NCBI GenBank assembly: GCA_964631685.1
Contig: CAZVZU010000003.1
Span: 118,506-182,505 of the forward strand
Length of the DNA: 64,000 nucleotides
Source of the DNA: an uncultured Actinomycetes bacterium
GTDB taxonomy: Bacteria > SZUA-79 > Acidulodesulfobacterales > Acidulodesulfobacteraceae
Direction: 5' to 3'
In this document: positions 45,136 through 56,156 of the stretch, one piece after another
How the letters are laid out: every line of letters begins with the position of its first letter
How positions within the stretch are numbered: the first letter of the stretch is position 1
Program-made: the position numbers and the translations under genes
The notes under the pieces: generated by a model
What the model was told of the DNA's origin: nothing
Seen by the model: the letters and a program-made list of their open reading frames with translations, nothing else
The model's database searches: none

Positions 45136-46431
45136 GTGTCCCAACTTGTTATAAAAGACCTTAGTATGGTGATAAACCAGGTCTCTAAAGATAAAAATAT
45201 TGAACGCTCTTTGGTTATAGATGCGTTAGAACAGGCGGTGTTAACTATTGCCAGAAAAAATTTGGGCATAGGATATGACCTAGAGGCGCATTACAATGAA
45301 GAAACAGGTGAGATTGAGATATTTATGTTTAAGCAGGTCGTGGAAGATGTTCAGAACTCTAAAACGGAGATATCTATTGAAGATGCGATTGCAGATGATT
45401 CGGATGCTATCGTCGGAGACAGCCTTGGTCTAAAGGTGGAAAAAAATATTTATGGCAGAATAGAGGCGCAGGTCGCAAAACAGGTTATCTTTCAAAAAAT
45501 AAAGGAGATAGAACATAAAAATATTTTCGATGAGTTCAATGAACGAAAAGGTGAAATTGTTAGCGGTCTTGTTAGAAAGATTGAAAGATCGGTGATAGTA
45601 ATTGATCTAGGAAAGACAGAGGCCATTTTAACAAAACAGGAGCAAATACATAACGAAATATATAAACCTAATGACAGAATAAGGGCTGTATTATCAAATA
45701 TAAAGATGGAAAAAGGAGGCCCTAAGCTTATTCTTTCCCGTACTTCCGATGATTTTTTAATTAAACTTTTCGAGTTGGAAGTGCCGGAGATATATGATGG
45801 CATCGTTAAAATTGCTAGGGTTGCCAGGGCACCGGGATTTAGATCTAAAATCGCTGTTTATTCTTCAGATAGGGATGTTGATCCGGTTGGTGCGTGCGTC
45901 GGAGTAAAGGGATTTAGGATACAGAGCATAATAAGCGAACTTAGAGGGGAAAAGATTGATATTATACCTTATTCCGATAGTCCTGCAAAATTAGTTGTAA
46001 ATGCACTAAGCCCTGCGGAAGTATCTAGGGTTGCTATTAATGAGGATACAAAAACGATAACGGTTATAGTGCCTGACGACCAGCTTGCAATGTCAATTGG
46101 AAAGCAGGGGCAAAACGTTAGGCTTGCAACAAAAATTATGGATTACAAGATAGATATCAGTAGCGAATCTAAGGCCGATAAAAAAGACCAAGTGGCGTAT
46201 AATACTTTTATGGATATACCGGGAGTGGGAGATATTATTGCAAAACTTTTGTATCAGAACGGTTATACCTCTGTTGAGGATATATCGAACGCTTCCGCTG
46301 AAGAATTATCCAAGGATATTTCTGTGGATGCAAAGAAGGCTGAAAACATTATAAGTTCGGCAAGCGAGTTTCTTAGTAGAGTAAAATCAGATATGGAACT
46401 TAAAGAAAAGATAGACAAAGAAATTAATTAA
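45136..46431 (+). CDS. nusA: Transcription termination/antitermination factor NusA
   Basis: AQVAKQVI, S1 and KH domains, DPVGACVG, IGKQGQNVRLA. Confidence 0.97.
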   Translation: MSQLVIKDLSMVINQVSKDKNIERSLVIDALEQAVLTIARKNLGIGYDLEAHYNEETGEIEIFMFKQVVEDVQNSKTEISIEDAIADDSDAIVGDSLGLKVEKNIYGRIEAQVAKQVIFQKIKEIEHKNIFDEFNERKGEIVSGLVRKIERSVIVIDLGKTEAILTKQEQIHNEIYKPNDRIRAVLSNIKMEKGGPKLILSRTSDDFLIKLFELEVPEIYDGIVKIARVARAPGFRSKIAVYSSDRDVDPVGACVGVKGFRIQSIISELRGEKIDIIPYSDSPAKLVVNALSPAEVSRVAINEDTKTITVIVPDDQLAMSIGKQGQNVRLATKIMDYKIDISSESKADKKDQVAYNTFMDIPGVGDIIAKLLYQNGYTSVEDISNASAEELSKDISVDAKKAENIISSASEFLSRVKSDMELKEKIDKEIN

Positions 46432-46438
46432 AAATATT

Positions 46439-48832
46439 ATGGATACAAGGGATTCTGCCATGATGGAAGAGAAAAGGATATCGAAAGGTGTTATAAGAAG
46501 AAGAGCGTCTAAAATAGAAAAGACGGACAATACGTCTACATCTATTTCGTCTGCAGTTTCGGCGGAACCTAAAAAAACCGAAGCAGGCGTGCAAGAATCC
46601 CAGTCTCAAGTTGAAAATATCATTAAACTTAAGTCTACAGAGGAGTCCGCTACCGTAGGTGGGCTTGATAAAAATAATATTTCGGAGCAAAGCATAAAGA
46701 CGAAGAAGCTTGCTGATGAAAATGTAGCGATTTCTAAGAACAACATAGAAAATAAGGAAGGTAAAAAGAAGCAGGATGGCACAGGTGACGTGTTAAGTGT
46801 TGTAAGCACCATTAATAAAAATAAATTATCAAAGATAAATGAAGAAGATTCAAAAAATAAAACTTTCCCTAAACCCGCAGGCAAGAAGAATGAATTTAAA
46901 AAAACTTCATCTGCCAAACACAATAAAACGGGCAAGTTCATAAATACATCGGGGGATAACGAAAATTCTGCGTATAGAAGGCATAAGAGGAAATTTAGGT
47001 CAGGTAAAATTGCCAAGCGTACTTCACGCCCTCAGCTTGTTGTACCTGAGAAAAAGGCTTCCAAAAGGGTTATAAGGATAAATAGTGGTATAACTGTTAA
47101 TAATTTGTCGCAGGCGTTGGGTGTCAAAGCGTCAGAGGTTATTTTGAAACTGATGGATATTGGTATTATAGCGACAATGAACCAGGTCGTAGATATAGAT
47201 ACAGCATCACTTATCGCAACGGAATATAATTATCTCGTTGAAAATGTTAGCTTTAATGAGACATTAAAGCTTGTAGAATTGCCCGATTCCCAAGAATCAC
47301 TTGTACATAGAGCCCCTGTCGTTACTGTTATGGGGCATGTCGATCATGGCAAAACATCTTTATTGGATGCCGTCAGGAAGACAAGTGTAACATCAAACGA
47401 AGCGGGAGGAATAACTCAGCATATCGGTGCATATAGCGTTAAAGTTAATGATTCTACCGTAACATTTCTAGATACTCCCGGCCATGAGGCATTTACCGAG
47501 ATGAGGGCAAGAGGTGCGGGTATGACCGATATTGTCGTTCTCGTTGTCGCTGCTGACGATGGCGTTATGCCGCAAACCATTGAAGCCATAAATCATGCCA
47601 AGGCCGCTAATGTTCCCGTGATAGTGGCAATTAATAAAATAGATAAACCGGGCGCAAATCCTGCTAAAATAAAAAGTAACCTAATGGAATTCGGTCTTGT
47701 TCCTGAAGATTTAGGAGGAACAACTCTTTATGCGAATGTTTCCGCCAAAACAGGGCAAGGATTAAAAGAGCTTCTTGAGCTTATAATACTTCAGTCAGAA
47801 ATTTTGGAGTTAAAGGCAAATCCCAATAAACTGGCGAGAGGAACCGTCGTTGAGGCAAAACTAGATAAAGGAAGAGGTCCGGTCGTCACCGTTTTAGTGC
47901 AAAGTGGCACTATAAATATAAATGATAGCGCTGTATGCGGTTTATATAACGTTAAAGTTAGGGCTATGGTGGATTATATGGGAAATAAGATTCTAAAAGC
48001 AGGACCTTCTACCCCCATCGAAATATTCGGTCTTGGGGGCGTCCCGTCGGCAGGGGATAATTTTATTGTTTTAAAAGATGAAAAAGAAGCGAAAAGGATT
48101 AGTGTGGAAAGGCAATTAAAACATAGAGAGTCCGAGTTAAGTTCTAACGCAAAAGTTACGCTGGAGGGGCTATATTTAAAGATAAAATCAGGCGGTATAG
48201 AAGAGTTAAAACTAATTGTCAAGACAGATGTCTATGGTTCCATGGAGGCGTTAATCCAATCTTTTAATAAACTTTCAACTTCCAAGGTTAAGGTTAATAT
48301 TATTCACAACGGTGCGGCGGCAATTACCGAAAGTGATGTTATGCTTGCGAAGGCTACGAACTCCATAATAATAGCATTTAATGTTCGCCCAGAGTCTAAG
48401 GCATTGACTCTAAGCGAACATGAGGGTGTAGAAATAAGATACTATAATGTAATTTATGATGCAGTTAAGGATGTTAAGGATGCCATGGAAGGACTTCTTG
48501 CGCCTATTGAAAAAGAGAATATAACCGGAAAGGCGGAGGTTAGGGATGTATTTAATGTTCCAAAATCAGGGGCGATAGCCGGCGCTTTTGTATTAAGCGG
48601 AACAATTAAAAGGGCTTCAAGCGCTAGGCTTCTAAGAGATAATGTTATAATTTACAGTGGGCATGTAGATTCGCTTAGGCGATTTAAGGAAGACGCCAAA
48701 GAGGTTCAGACCAATTACGAGTGCGGAATACTTTTGGAAAATTTTAATGACATAAAGGTTGGAGACATAATTGAGACTTATGAAATTGAGTATATCAAGC
48801 AAATCCTTAATTCTTCTACTGACGAAGCGTAG
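46439..48832 (+). CDS. infB: Translation initiation factor IF-2
   Basis: [43 protein letters not shown]. Confidence 0.98.
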   Translation: MDTRDSAMMEEKRISKGVIRRRASKIEKTDNTSTSISSAVSAEPKKTEAGVQESQSQVENIIKLKSTEESATVGGLDKNNISEQSIKTKKLADENVAISKNNIENKEGKKKQDGTGDVLSVVSTINKNKLSKINEEDSKNKTFPKPAGKKNEFKKTSSAKHNKTGKFINTSGDNENSAYRRHKRKFRSGKIAKRTSRPQLVVPEKKASKRVIRINSGITVNNLSQALGVKASEVILKLMDIGIIATMNQVVDIDTASLIATEYNYLVENVSFNETLKLVELPDSQESLVHRAPVVTVMGHVDHGKTSLLDAVRKTSVTSNEAGGITQHIGAYSVKVNDSTVTFLDTPGHEAFTEMRARGAGMTDIVVLVVAADDGVMPQTIEAINHAKAANVPVIVAINKIDKPGANPAKIKSNLMEFGLVPEDLGGTTLYANVSAKTGQGLKELLELIILQSEILELKANPNKLARGTVVEAKLDKGRGPVVTVLVQSGTININDSAVCGLYNVKVRAMVDYMGNKILKAGPSTPIEIFGLGGVPSAGDNFIVLKDEKEAKRISVERQLKHRESELSSNAKVTLEGLYLKIKSGGIEELKLIVKTDVYGSMEALIQSFNKLSTSKVKVNIIHNGAAAITESDVMLAKATNSIIIAFNVRPESKALTLSEHEGVEIRYYNVIYDAVKDVKDAMEGLLAPIEKENITGKAEVRDVFNVPKSGAIAGAFVLSGTIKRASSARLLRDNVIIYSGHVDSLRRFKEDAKEVQTNYECGILLENFNDIKVGDIIETYEIEYIKQILNSSTDEA

Positions 48833-48856
48833 AGGACGGGGGGGCGGACAAATAAA

Positions 48857-49225
48857 TTGATAGAGAGAAATAGACGGGTAGGCGAACTTATTGCTAGAGA
48901 GGTGTCGTTAACACTTCAATTTAAAGTAAATGATAACAGATTGAAAAATGTTACGATAATAGGCGCGGAGTCTACTAGGGACCTAAAGTTTTGTAAGATA
49001 TTTTTTAGCGTTATCGGTCCGGAAAAAGAAATCAAAAAAGCCATAAGCGGATTCAAAAGTTCTAAAAATTTTATAAAAAAAGAGGTATTTTCTAAGATAC
49101 TCTTAAGAGCCGTTCCTGAGATTGCATTTGAATATTATGACGGATTACAGAGGTCTTCCAAAATTAATAGGATAATAAACGAATATGGTGCGCTCAACAA
49201 TGTTTCGCATCGGCTCAAAGATTAA
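48857..49225 (+). CDS. rbfA: Ribosome-binding factor A
   Basis: RNRRVGELI, TRDLK, LRAVPEIAFEY; follows infB. Confidence 0.92.
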   Translation: MIERNRRVGELIAREVSLTLQFKVNDNRLKNVTIIGAESTRDLKFCKIFFSVIGPEKEIKKAISGFKSSKNFIKKEVFSKILLRAVPEIAFEYYDGLQRSSKINRIINEYGALNNVSHRLKD

Positions 49226-49263
49226 ATACAATAATAATAAACATATATGTTATATAGAAAAAT

Positions 49264-50388
49264 ATGGTTAATAAAATGAAAGAGTACTCCGATGTTGATT
49301 TAATAGATTTAAGAAATTCAACGAGCGATATACTTCATGCGATGGAGTCGTCCAAGAATGTCCTTATAGTAACTCATGAAAATCCTGAAGGTGATGCTAT
49401 AGGTTCTGCCGTTGCTTCAGCTTTATTTTTGAGCTCATTAGGAAAAAATGTATACATTTACGACAAAGATACTATCCCTAATAACTTGAAATTTTTGCCG
49501 TGGACAGGAAAAATATTAAATGAATTTCCTAAGGAGTCCATTGATTTACTGGTTGTGGTAGATTGCGGAGAGTTTTCCAGGGTTGGTGCAAATTTTGAAT
49601 ATCTTTCAGACATAGACAAGATAATAAATATAGACCATCATTTTACCAATGCCCATTTCGGACATTTAAATCTTGTATTGCCCGATGCGAGTTCTACAGG
49701 AGAGGTTCTTTTTTACTTATTTTTATCTTCAGGGGCTCATGAAAACAAAGTTTCTTATTCACCCTATGATGGTTTTTTAACCAGAAAGTTTGGCGAACCG
49801 TTGTCTTGCGATTTAGACACAAGGAAGAAAATTTTGTCAAAGATAGATGACAAAATTGCATTAGCGCTATATACATCTATCTTGACCGATACTGGTTCAT
49901 TTCATTATTCTTCGGCAAATAAAAGGTCTTTTTATATATGTTCCGTATTAAATGAATACAATATAGATCCGGCGAGTATTGCAACAGAACTTTTTGAAAC
50001 GAAACCTGCAGAGATGTACACTTTGCTTGGAAAGAGCCTGAGTACCCTTGAATTCACTTTAGGCGGCAAAGTATCTTCAATGGTTGGAACGAAAAAAATG
50101 GTTAACGATATTATAGAAAGGATGGATGGAAAAAGGATTAACGGATTATATGAAAATTTCGTAAATTATCCAAGATCGGTTCAAGGTGTGGAGATAGCGA
50201 TATTTTTCAGGGAGGTATCCTTTAATGAATATCGGTTAAATTTTAGGTCCAAGAGTTATGCGAATGTCGCGAAGATTGCTGAGAAGTTTGGCGGCGGCGG
50301 GCATAAGTTTGCTGCAGGATGCAGTGTCAGTGGTGAATTGAGCGAAATTAAAAAAGAAGTGTATCAATATTGCAAAGAGGTTATATAA
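49264..50388 (+). CDS. nrnA: DHH/DHHA1 phosphoesterase (NrnA-like oligoribonuclease/PAP phosphatase)
   Basis: HENPEGDAIGS, NIDHH, TDTGSF, GGGGHKFAAG. Confidence 0.9.
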   Translation: MVNKMKEYSDVDLIDLRNSTSDILHAMESSKNVLIVTHENPEGDAIGSAVASALFLSSLGKNVYIYDKDTIPNNLKFLPWTGKILNEFPKESIDLLVVVDCGEFSRVGANFEYLSDIDKIINIDHHFTNAHFGHLNLVLPDASSTGEVLFYLFLSSGAHENKVSYSPYDGFLTRKFGEPLSCDLDTRKKILSKIDDKIALALYTSILTDTGSFHYSSANKRSFYICSVLNEYNIDPASIATELFETKPAEMYTLLGKSLSTLEFTLGGKVSSMVGTKKMVNDIIERMDGKRINGLYENFVNYPRSVQGVEIAIFFREVSFNEYRLNFRSKSYANVAKIAEKFGGGGHKFAAGCSVSGELSEIKKEVYQYCKEVI

Positions 50389-50505
50389 GTAGAGTGTGAT
50401 TGTCTTTATCCACTTAGGCGGGTAAATGTTAAAATGGTTCCGTATACCGGGTAATATTTGTATTTTTGGTGTAGAAGTGGCAATTTAAATAAAGCTTAAA
50501 AAAGC

Positions 50506-51243
50506 ATGAAAGTAGTTAAAAATAGTAATATTAGTGGCATTCTTGTTATGGATAAACCGGAGGGCATGACTTCCTTTGGTGTGGATTCTGTTGTGAAAAA
50601 AGAGCTTGACTGTTTAAAGGTTGGTCATGCAGGGACGTTGGATCCTTTTGCGACGGGGGTACTTCCTCTTCTTATCAATAAAGCGACAAAACTTCAGGAT
50701 AAGTTCATAAATATTCCAAAATCTTATGAGGGTGTTTTTAAAATAGGTATAAGTACGAATACCCTTGATGTTTCAGGAGTGAATGTAGATATTAAGCCGG
50801 TTTCACAAACCGAGGTTGCGGATATAGCCAACTATTTAAGTAAACTAAAAGGGGATTTTGTTCAAAAGATTCCAATGTTCAGTGCAAAAAAATTTAAGGG
50901 TGTTCCGTTATATAAATATGCAAGGAAGAACATAGCAGTGGATATGGACGATAGCAAAAAGACAAGTGTTGTAAATATTTATGAATTTGATGTAAAATCT
51001 TATGATGACTCTTTGATATATTTTAAGTGTACAGTTTCTAAAGGTACGTACGCACGGGCTATAGCTCAGGATATAATGGATAAATTTAATATACCTGCCC
51101 ATTTATACAGTCTTAGAAGGACGAGTGCGGGTGGATTTGATATCTGCAATGCCTTGCCCTTTGAATCAATTAAAAAAGGTGCAGATTTTTTAATAGAACA
51201 TATTATTCCTATGAGTGATAGCAGTGTTGATAATAGCAAATAG
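50506..51243 (+). CDS. truB: tRNA pseudouridine(55) synthase (short form)
   Basis: DKPEGMTS, KVGHAGTLDPFATGVL, SKGTY, LRRT. Confidence 0.95.
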   Translation: MKVVKNSNISGILVMDKPEGMTSFGVDSVVKKELDCLKVGHAGTLDPFATGVLPLLINKATKLQDKFINIPKSYEGVFKIGISTNTLDVSGVNVDIKPVSQTEVADIANYLSKLKGDFVQKIPMFSAKKFKGVPLYKYARKNIAVDMDDSKKTSVVNIYEFDVKSYDDSLIYFKCTVSKGTYARAIAQDIMDKFNIPAHLYSLRRTSAGGFDICNALPFESIKKGADFLIEHIIPMSDSSVDNSK

Positions 51244-51290
51244 ATGATAAAGTCTAATATATATAATTAATATCCGGAGGTATCAATTCA

Positions 51291-51560
51291 ATGCCAATTT
51301 CAAAAGACGAAAAACAAACAATAATTGAAAAGTTTAAAACACATGAAGGGGATTCTGGTTCGGTAGAGGTACAAGTTGCATTACTCACCTATCGCATTAA
51401 TTTATTGTCTGAGCATTTTAAAAAATTTGCCAAGGACCACCATTCCAGAAGGGGGCTCTTAAAAATGGTCTCAAGAAGAAGGCACTTACTTGATTATTTA
51501 AAAAGAAAGGATGAAGACAGGTATAAGACCATTATAGGTTCACTTGAGCTTCGAAAATAG
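51291..51560 (+). CDS. rpsO: 30S ribosomal protein S15
   Basis: [26 protein letters not shown]. Confidence 0.99.
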   Translation: MPISKDEKQTIIEKFKTHEGDSGSVEVQVALLTYRINLLSEHFKKFAKDHHSRRGLLKMVSRRRHLLDYLKRKDEDRYKTIIGSLELRK

Positions 51561-51604
51561 AAAAATAGGTTTTATTTTAATAATTTTAGATTTACAAAGG
51601 AGAC

Positions 51605-53689
51605 ATGATGGTGACTTATGATGTAACGAGGAGTTTTACGCTTGATGATAAAAAAATAACTGTTGAGACAGGAAGGCTTGCAAAGCAAGCGTCCGGTAGC
51701 GCTTTGGTTACCATTGGAGATACCAAGGTTCTTGTTACGACGTGTATTGATAAAAATATAAAAGAGGGGATTGATTTTCTGCCTCTTACGGTTAATTATG
51801 TGGAAAAATTTTATGCCGCAGGAAGAATTCCCGGGGGTTTCTTTAAAAGAGAAGCAAGGCCATCTGAGAAAGAGGTTTTGACATCCAGGTTCTTAGATAG
51901 GCCAATACGGCCACTTTTTCCCGAAAACTATTTTTTTGGCACTCAGGTAATTGCCACGGTGATTTCTATGGATCAGGAAAATGATCCCGATATGGCGGCA
52001 ATGTTGGGTGTTTCGTTTTCATTAGCACTTTCCGAGGCGCCGTTTAACGGTCCTACCGCAGGCGTTAGAGTTGCAAGAATAGATGGCAATTTTATAGCAG
52101 ATCCGACTTATAAAGAAATTGAGGGAAGCGATATCTCTCTTATTATAGCAGGTTCAAAGGATGCGGTAACGATGGTTGAAGGAAGCTTTAACGAGCTTGA
52201 CGAAGAAGAACTTTTGTCTGCTATGGAATTTGGACACAATAAAATAAAGGAATTAATAGAATTTCAAAATTCCATTCTTTCCGAGATTGACATCAATAAG
52301 ATTGAACTGCAGCCGTTAGTAATCCCAGACGGACTACGTGAAAAAGTCAAGGAAATTGTCTATAGTGATTTATCTAAAGCCCTCCAGATATCTGCAAAAC
52401 AGGAAAGAAATGATGCCATAGCCGATCTCAATGTAAAGGTTATTGAATTGCTTCAAGAATCGCATCCTGAGCAAGAAACGTTAATTAATCATATATTCGA
52501 ATCCATGCAAAAAGATTTATTAAGGAAGAGAGTTCTTGATGAAGGGCTAAGGGTTGACGGGAGAGGATTATCCGATATCAGGCCGATTAGCTGCTCTGTA
52601 AGTGAACTTCCTATGGCTCACGGTAGTGCCATTTTTACAAGAGGAGAAACGCAGGCGCTTGTGGCCATTACACTTGGCACAAAATTTGACGAACAGATTG
52701 TAGATGCGCCTGAAAAAGAATCTTCTAAGAGATTCATGCTTCATTATAATTTTCCCCCATTCTCGGTTGGAGAGGTTTATCCGTTAAGATCTCCGGGTAG
52801 AAGAGAAATAGGTCACGGCTCACTTGGTGAAAAGGCATTAAAGTATATTCTGCCTGATTTTGAAGATTTTCCTTATACAATTAGGGTTGTATCTGAGATA
52901 CTTGAGTCTAATGGTTCTTCCTCTCAGGCGACAATATGCGGGGGTACTTTAGCTCTCATGGATGCCGGTGTCCCAATAAAAGCTCCTGTGGCTGGAATTG
53001 CTATGGGTCTTATAAAGGAAGGGGATAAAGTTGCAATCCTTTCAGATATTTTGGGTGACGAGGATCACCTCGGGGATATGGATTTTAAAGTGGCGGGAAC
53101 GGAAAAAGGGGTTACAGCTCTCCAAATGGATATCAAAATTGACGGTGTTACAGGGGATGTTTTAAGACGTGCGCTTATGCAGGCTAAAGATGGCCGTTTA
53201 CACATACTTAATATCATGCTTAAAACGATATCTGAACCGAACAAGGACTTGGCCCAGAACGCTCCTAGAATTGTTACTATAATGGTTAAACCAGAGAAAG
53301 TAAGAGAAGTAATAGGTCAGGGTGGAAAGGTTATCAGGGGGATTATCGAAAAAACAGGAGCCAAGGTTGATATAGACGATACCGGAAAGGTTGTTATTTC
53401 ATCAATAAATAAGAGTGCCCTGACTCTTGCTGCCGCTATGATAAGTGATATAGTTCAGGAAGCGGAGATTGGTAAGATTTATAACGGCAAGGTTAGGAAA
53501 ATAATGGATTTTGGAGCCTTTGTAGAAATATTCCCCGGAACTGATGGGCTTGTCCATATATCGCAACTTGACAATAAAAGGGTTGAGAAGGTTTCTGACA
53601 TCTTAAAAGAGGGCGATGATGTGAAGGTTAAGGTTATAGACGTCGATAGATTTGGGAAAATAAAACTTTCCAGAAAAGAAATCCTATGA
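51605..53689 (+). CDS. pnp: Polyribonucleotide nucleotidyltransferase (PNPase)
   Basis: TGRLAKQA, IPGGFFKRE, FTRGETQ, RREIGHG, DHLGDMDFK, KH and S1 domains. Confidence 0.99.
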   Translation: MMVTYDVTRSFTLDDKKITVETGRLAKQASGSALVTIGDTKVLVTTCIDKNIKEGIDFLPLTVNYVEKFYAAGRIPGGFFKREARPSEKEVLTSRFLDRPIRPLFPENYFFGTQVIATVISMDQENDPDMAAMLGVSFSLALSEAPFNGPTAGVRVARIDGNFIADPTYKEIEGSDISLIIAGSKDAVTMVEGSFNELDEEELLSAMEFGHNKIKELIEFQNSILSEIDINKIELQPLVIPDGLREKVKEIVYSDLSKALQISAKQERNDAIADLNVKVIELLQESHPEQETLINHIFESMQKDLLRKRVLDEGLRVDGRGLSDIRPISCSVSELPMAHGSAIFTRGETQALVAITLGTKFDEQIVDAPEKESSKRFMLHYNFPPFSVGEVYPLRSPGRREIGHGSLGEKALKYILPDFEDFPYTIRVVSEILESNGSSSQATICGGTLALMDAGVPIKAPVAGIAMGLIKEGDKVAILSDILGDEDHLGDMDFKVAGTEKGVTALQMDIKIDGVTGDVLRRALMQAKDGRLHILNIMLKTISEPNKDLAQNAPRIVTIMVKPEKVREVIGQGGKVIRGIIEKTGAKVDIDDTGKVVISSINKSALTLAAAMISDIVQEAEIGKIYNGKVRKIMDFGAFVEIFPGTDGLVHISQLDNKRVEKVSDILKEGDDVKVKVIDVDRFGKIKLSRKEIL

Positions 53690-54927
53690 GGAATTTTAAA
53701 AAAGAAAAGTTAGAATCAGGACTTATACTGCTTACGGAAAAGAAATCTTACTTTAATTCCGTAAGCATAGGATTATGGATTAAAACGGGCAGCGCTTATG
53801 AGCCGGTAGCTTTGAGCGGAATGTCTCATTTCATAGAACATCTACTCTTTAAGGGGACTAAGAAACGAACATACAGAGATATAAATAAAGAGATTGATTT
53901 GATGGGAGGTGCTTTAAATGCATTCACCGGAACTGAGTTAACTTGCCTGTATACCCGCGTCCTTTCGGAGAACTATGCTAATGCGATTGATCTCCTGATT
54001 GATATCATGTTTAATTCTACTTTTTTGGAAGGTGAGATAGAAAAAGAAAAAGGTGTTATTTTACAAGAAATTTCAGGTGCATTAGACGACCCATTAGATT
54101 ATTCCTCGGAACTCTTCCATAAAAATTTTTATGGAAGTTCCCCGTTTGCTTATCCAATCCTTGGAACCAAAGAAACGGTTGCGTCCTTCGATAGAAAAAA
54201 AATATTAGATTATTTTTATTCAAACTATGCCCCTCAAAATATGGTTATATCGATTGCTGGTAATTTTGACCGCGATAAAGTAGTGAAGTCTATATGCGGT
54301 TGTATGGATAAGATTTCGAAAAGGTTTGTGAATAGGATGTCTGCCATAGAAACCGATACAGCTAAAAATTATGGTGAATTTATTAAGGAAAAAGACCTAG
54401 AACAGACCCATGTTTTTATAGGCTTTGATGGAATAAAAAAAACCGACGAAGATTATTATGCACTAGAGGTTTTAAATACTCTGATAGGGGGGTCTGTAAG
54501 TTCTATGCTTTTCCAGGAGGTAAGGGAAAATAGAGGCCTTGCCTATTCCATTTACTCAAATGCTTCTTTCCATAAATTCGATGGATATATTTATATATAT
54601 GAAGGCGTTTCTCCTGAGAAGTTTAAACTCTCTAAGGAACTAATTTTTAATATAATGGATGGGTTAGCCCTAGGCAATATCGGTGATGAAGAGATTATTA
54701 ATGCAAAAAGGCACGTTTCGGATAGTTTTCTACTAGGAACGGAATCCGTAAGCTATACGATGAACGGTAATGCTATAAGTGAAATATATAGAAATAAATA
54801 TGTTTCCAAGGCGCAGATATTAAAAAATATAGATTCCGTTGACGGGTTGGCTATAAAAAGGGTTTCAAAGAGACTATTTTCGAATAAAGAAAATAGAAAT
54901 ATTTCAGTTCTAGGCAGGGTTGCGTAA
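53686..54927 (+). CDS. M16 (pitrilysin-like) zinc peptidase
   Basis: HFIEH (HxxEH), NAFT, LFQEVRENRGLAYS. Confidence 0.93.
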   Translation: MRNFKKEKLESGLILLTEKKSYFNSVSIGLWIKTGSAYEPVALSGMSHFIEHLLFKGTKKRTYRDINKEIDLMGGALNAFTGTELTCLYTRVLSENYANAIDLLIDIMFNSTFLEGEIEKEKGVILQEISGALDDPLDYSSELFHKNFYGSSPFAYPILGTKETVASFDRKKILDYFYSNYAPQNMVISIAGNFDRDKVVKSICGCMDKISKRFVNRMSAIETDTAKNYGEFIKEKDLEQTHVFIGFDGIKKTDEDYYALEVLNTLIGGSVSSMLFQEVRENRGLAYSIYSNASFHKFDGYIYIYEGVSPEKFKLSKELIFNIMDGLALGNIGDEEIINAKRHVSDSFLLGTESVSYTMNGNAISEIYRNKYVSKAQILKNIDSVDGLAIKRVSKRLFSNKENRNISVLGRVA

Positions 54928-54930
54928 CTT

Positions 54931-55479
54931 ATGGAGACAAAGATTTATTATCCAAAAACTTACGATGTAATTTACCGATCAGGTTATATTATCGGTTTAT
55001 TGGGTATTGTTTTGTTTGTTTTTTCTTACCGAGTTTCAAATTGGCAAGGTCTTGATTTGGGTACATCTATCTTTTATTTAGGGTCGTTGATATCAGGAGC
55101 ATTCCTCTTAGTGTGGAAAAGAGAAATAAAAATATTTATATTATCCTGCATGATTTTAGGAGTTATTTTCGGCATAAGTTATCTTTTGTTTTTTAAAAAT
55201 CCAGAGATTGCTGTTATATCTGCAGGGTTTGTTCTTGTTGGAATGGCCGGTCTTTACGGCAAAGAGGCGCATTGCTTTCATTTTATAGAAGGGTGGATCC
55301 TGATGTGGTCGTTCCCGCTGTTAATTTTTGTGAATTTATTAATTTATGGCTTAGGATTGCAAAATAACAATTCTGCGCATACTACCTTGTTTATAATATA
55401 TATTATCATTATGCTCTTGGCATTATCTTTTTTAATAAAGAAATTAAGACAGCCTCTTATGCAATTTTGTCAAAATTAA
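54931..55479 (+). CDS. DUF2301-like integral membrane protein
   Basis: Multiple TM helices, YRSG near the N-terminus, KEAHCF...EG, KKLRQPL end. Confidence 0.7.
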   Translation: METKIYYPKTYDVIYRSGYIIGLLGIVLFVFSYRVSNWQGLDLGTSIFYLGSLISGAFLLVWKREIKIFILSCMILGVIFGISYLLFFKNPEIAVISAGFVLVGMAGLYGKEAHCFHFIEGWILMWSFPLLIFVNLLIYGLGLQNNNSAHTTLFIIYIIIMLLALSFLIKKLRQPLMQFCQN

Positions 55480-55497
55480 GAAGAATAAATTTTTTTA

Positions 55498-55526
55498 TTG
55501 AATAATGACTTTAAAGTCATTATAAT
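55498..55526 (+). promoter_or_regulatory. tetR promoter with a perfect 22-bp operator palindrome
   Basis: TTGAAT-17 bp-TATAAT; ATAATGACTTT|AAAGTCATTAT at 55502-55523. Confidence 0.85.
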
Positions 55527-55533
55527 AGTAGAC

Positions 55534-56139
55534 ATGATAGAAAATATTGATAAATATGAACTTATTTTATTGTCTTCTAGAAAATTAATAGAGGAAATCG
55601 GGTTTTCGGCTTTAACGATGGAAAAGGTCGCGCAAAAAGCGGGTATCGCTAAAGGAACGGTCTATATCTACTTTAAGAATAAAAATGAACTTCTAGAGAA
55701 AGTACTAGAGCGCGGGTTTGAAAAAATGTTTAATAGGGTTAGGACAAAAGTTGATGTACAGAAAGATCGCATGGAAAAATTGAGGATTTTAATCTTAGAA
55801 AATATTAATCATATTTATGAAAATAGGTATTTTTTTAAGACTGTTTTTTTGGACGAGATTAATATTGTTTTTTTAAACAAGAAATCACAGGAATCGTTTA
55901 ATTTAAGAAAAAAAAGATATGCACATTTCATCGGCGAAATTATTAAATCGGGGATTGAATCTGGCGAGTTTAGACATGATTTAAATCCAGCAAAGGTTGG
56001 ATATATGATTATTGCTTTAATTAAAACAAATGCTATATATAATTTTATTAATAATAAGCATGAATTTACAGAAGAAATAATTAGGGCCGATGCTGAAGAA
56101 ATATTTAATATGTCAATATACGGGATAAATAAGCATTAA
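55534..56139 (+). CDS. TetR/AcrR family transcriptional regulator
   Basis: GFSALTMEKVAQKAGIAKGTVYIYFKNKNEL; start moved to ATG 55534. Confidence 0.95.
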   Translation: MIENIDKYELILLSSRKLIEEIGFSALTMEKVAQKAGIAKGTVYIYFKNKNELLEKVLERGFEKMFNRVRTKVDVQKDRMEKLRILILENINHIYENRYFFKTVFLDEINIVFLNKKSQESFNLRKKRYAHFIGEIIKSGIESGEFRHDLNPAKVGYMIIALIKTNAIYNFINNKHEFTEEIIRADAEEIFNMSIYGINKH

Positions 56140-56156
56140 TACATCCGGAGGATAGA

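Noticed and set aside
55498..55533. ORF-track TTG/GTG starts for tetR (55498), xseB (33243), rimP (44581) and cyc2 (10317)
   Set aside because: These fall in -35 boxes, a leader hairpin, or upstream of the SD; downstream ATGs fit better.
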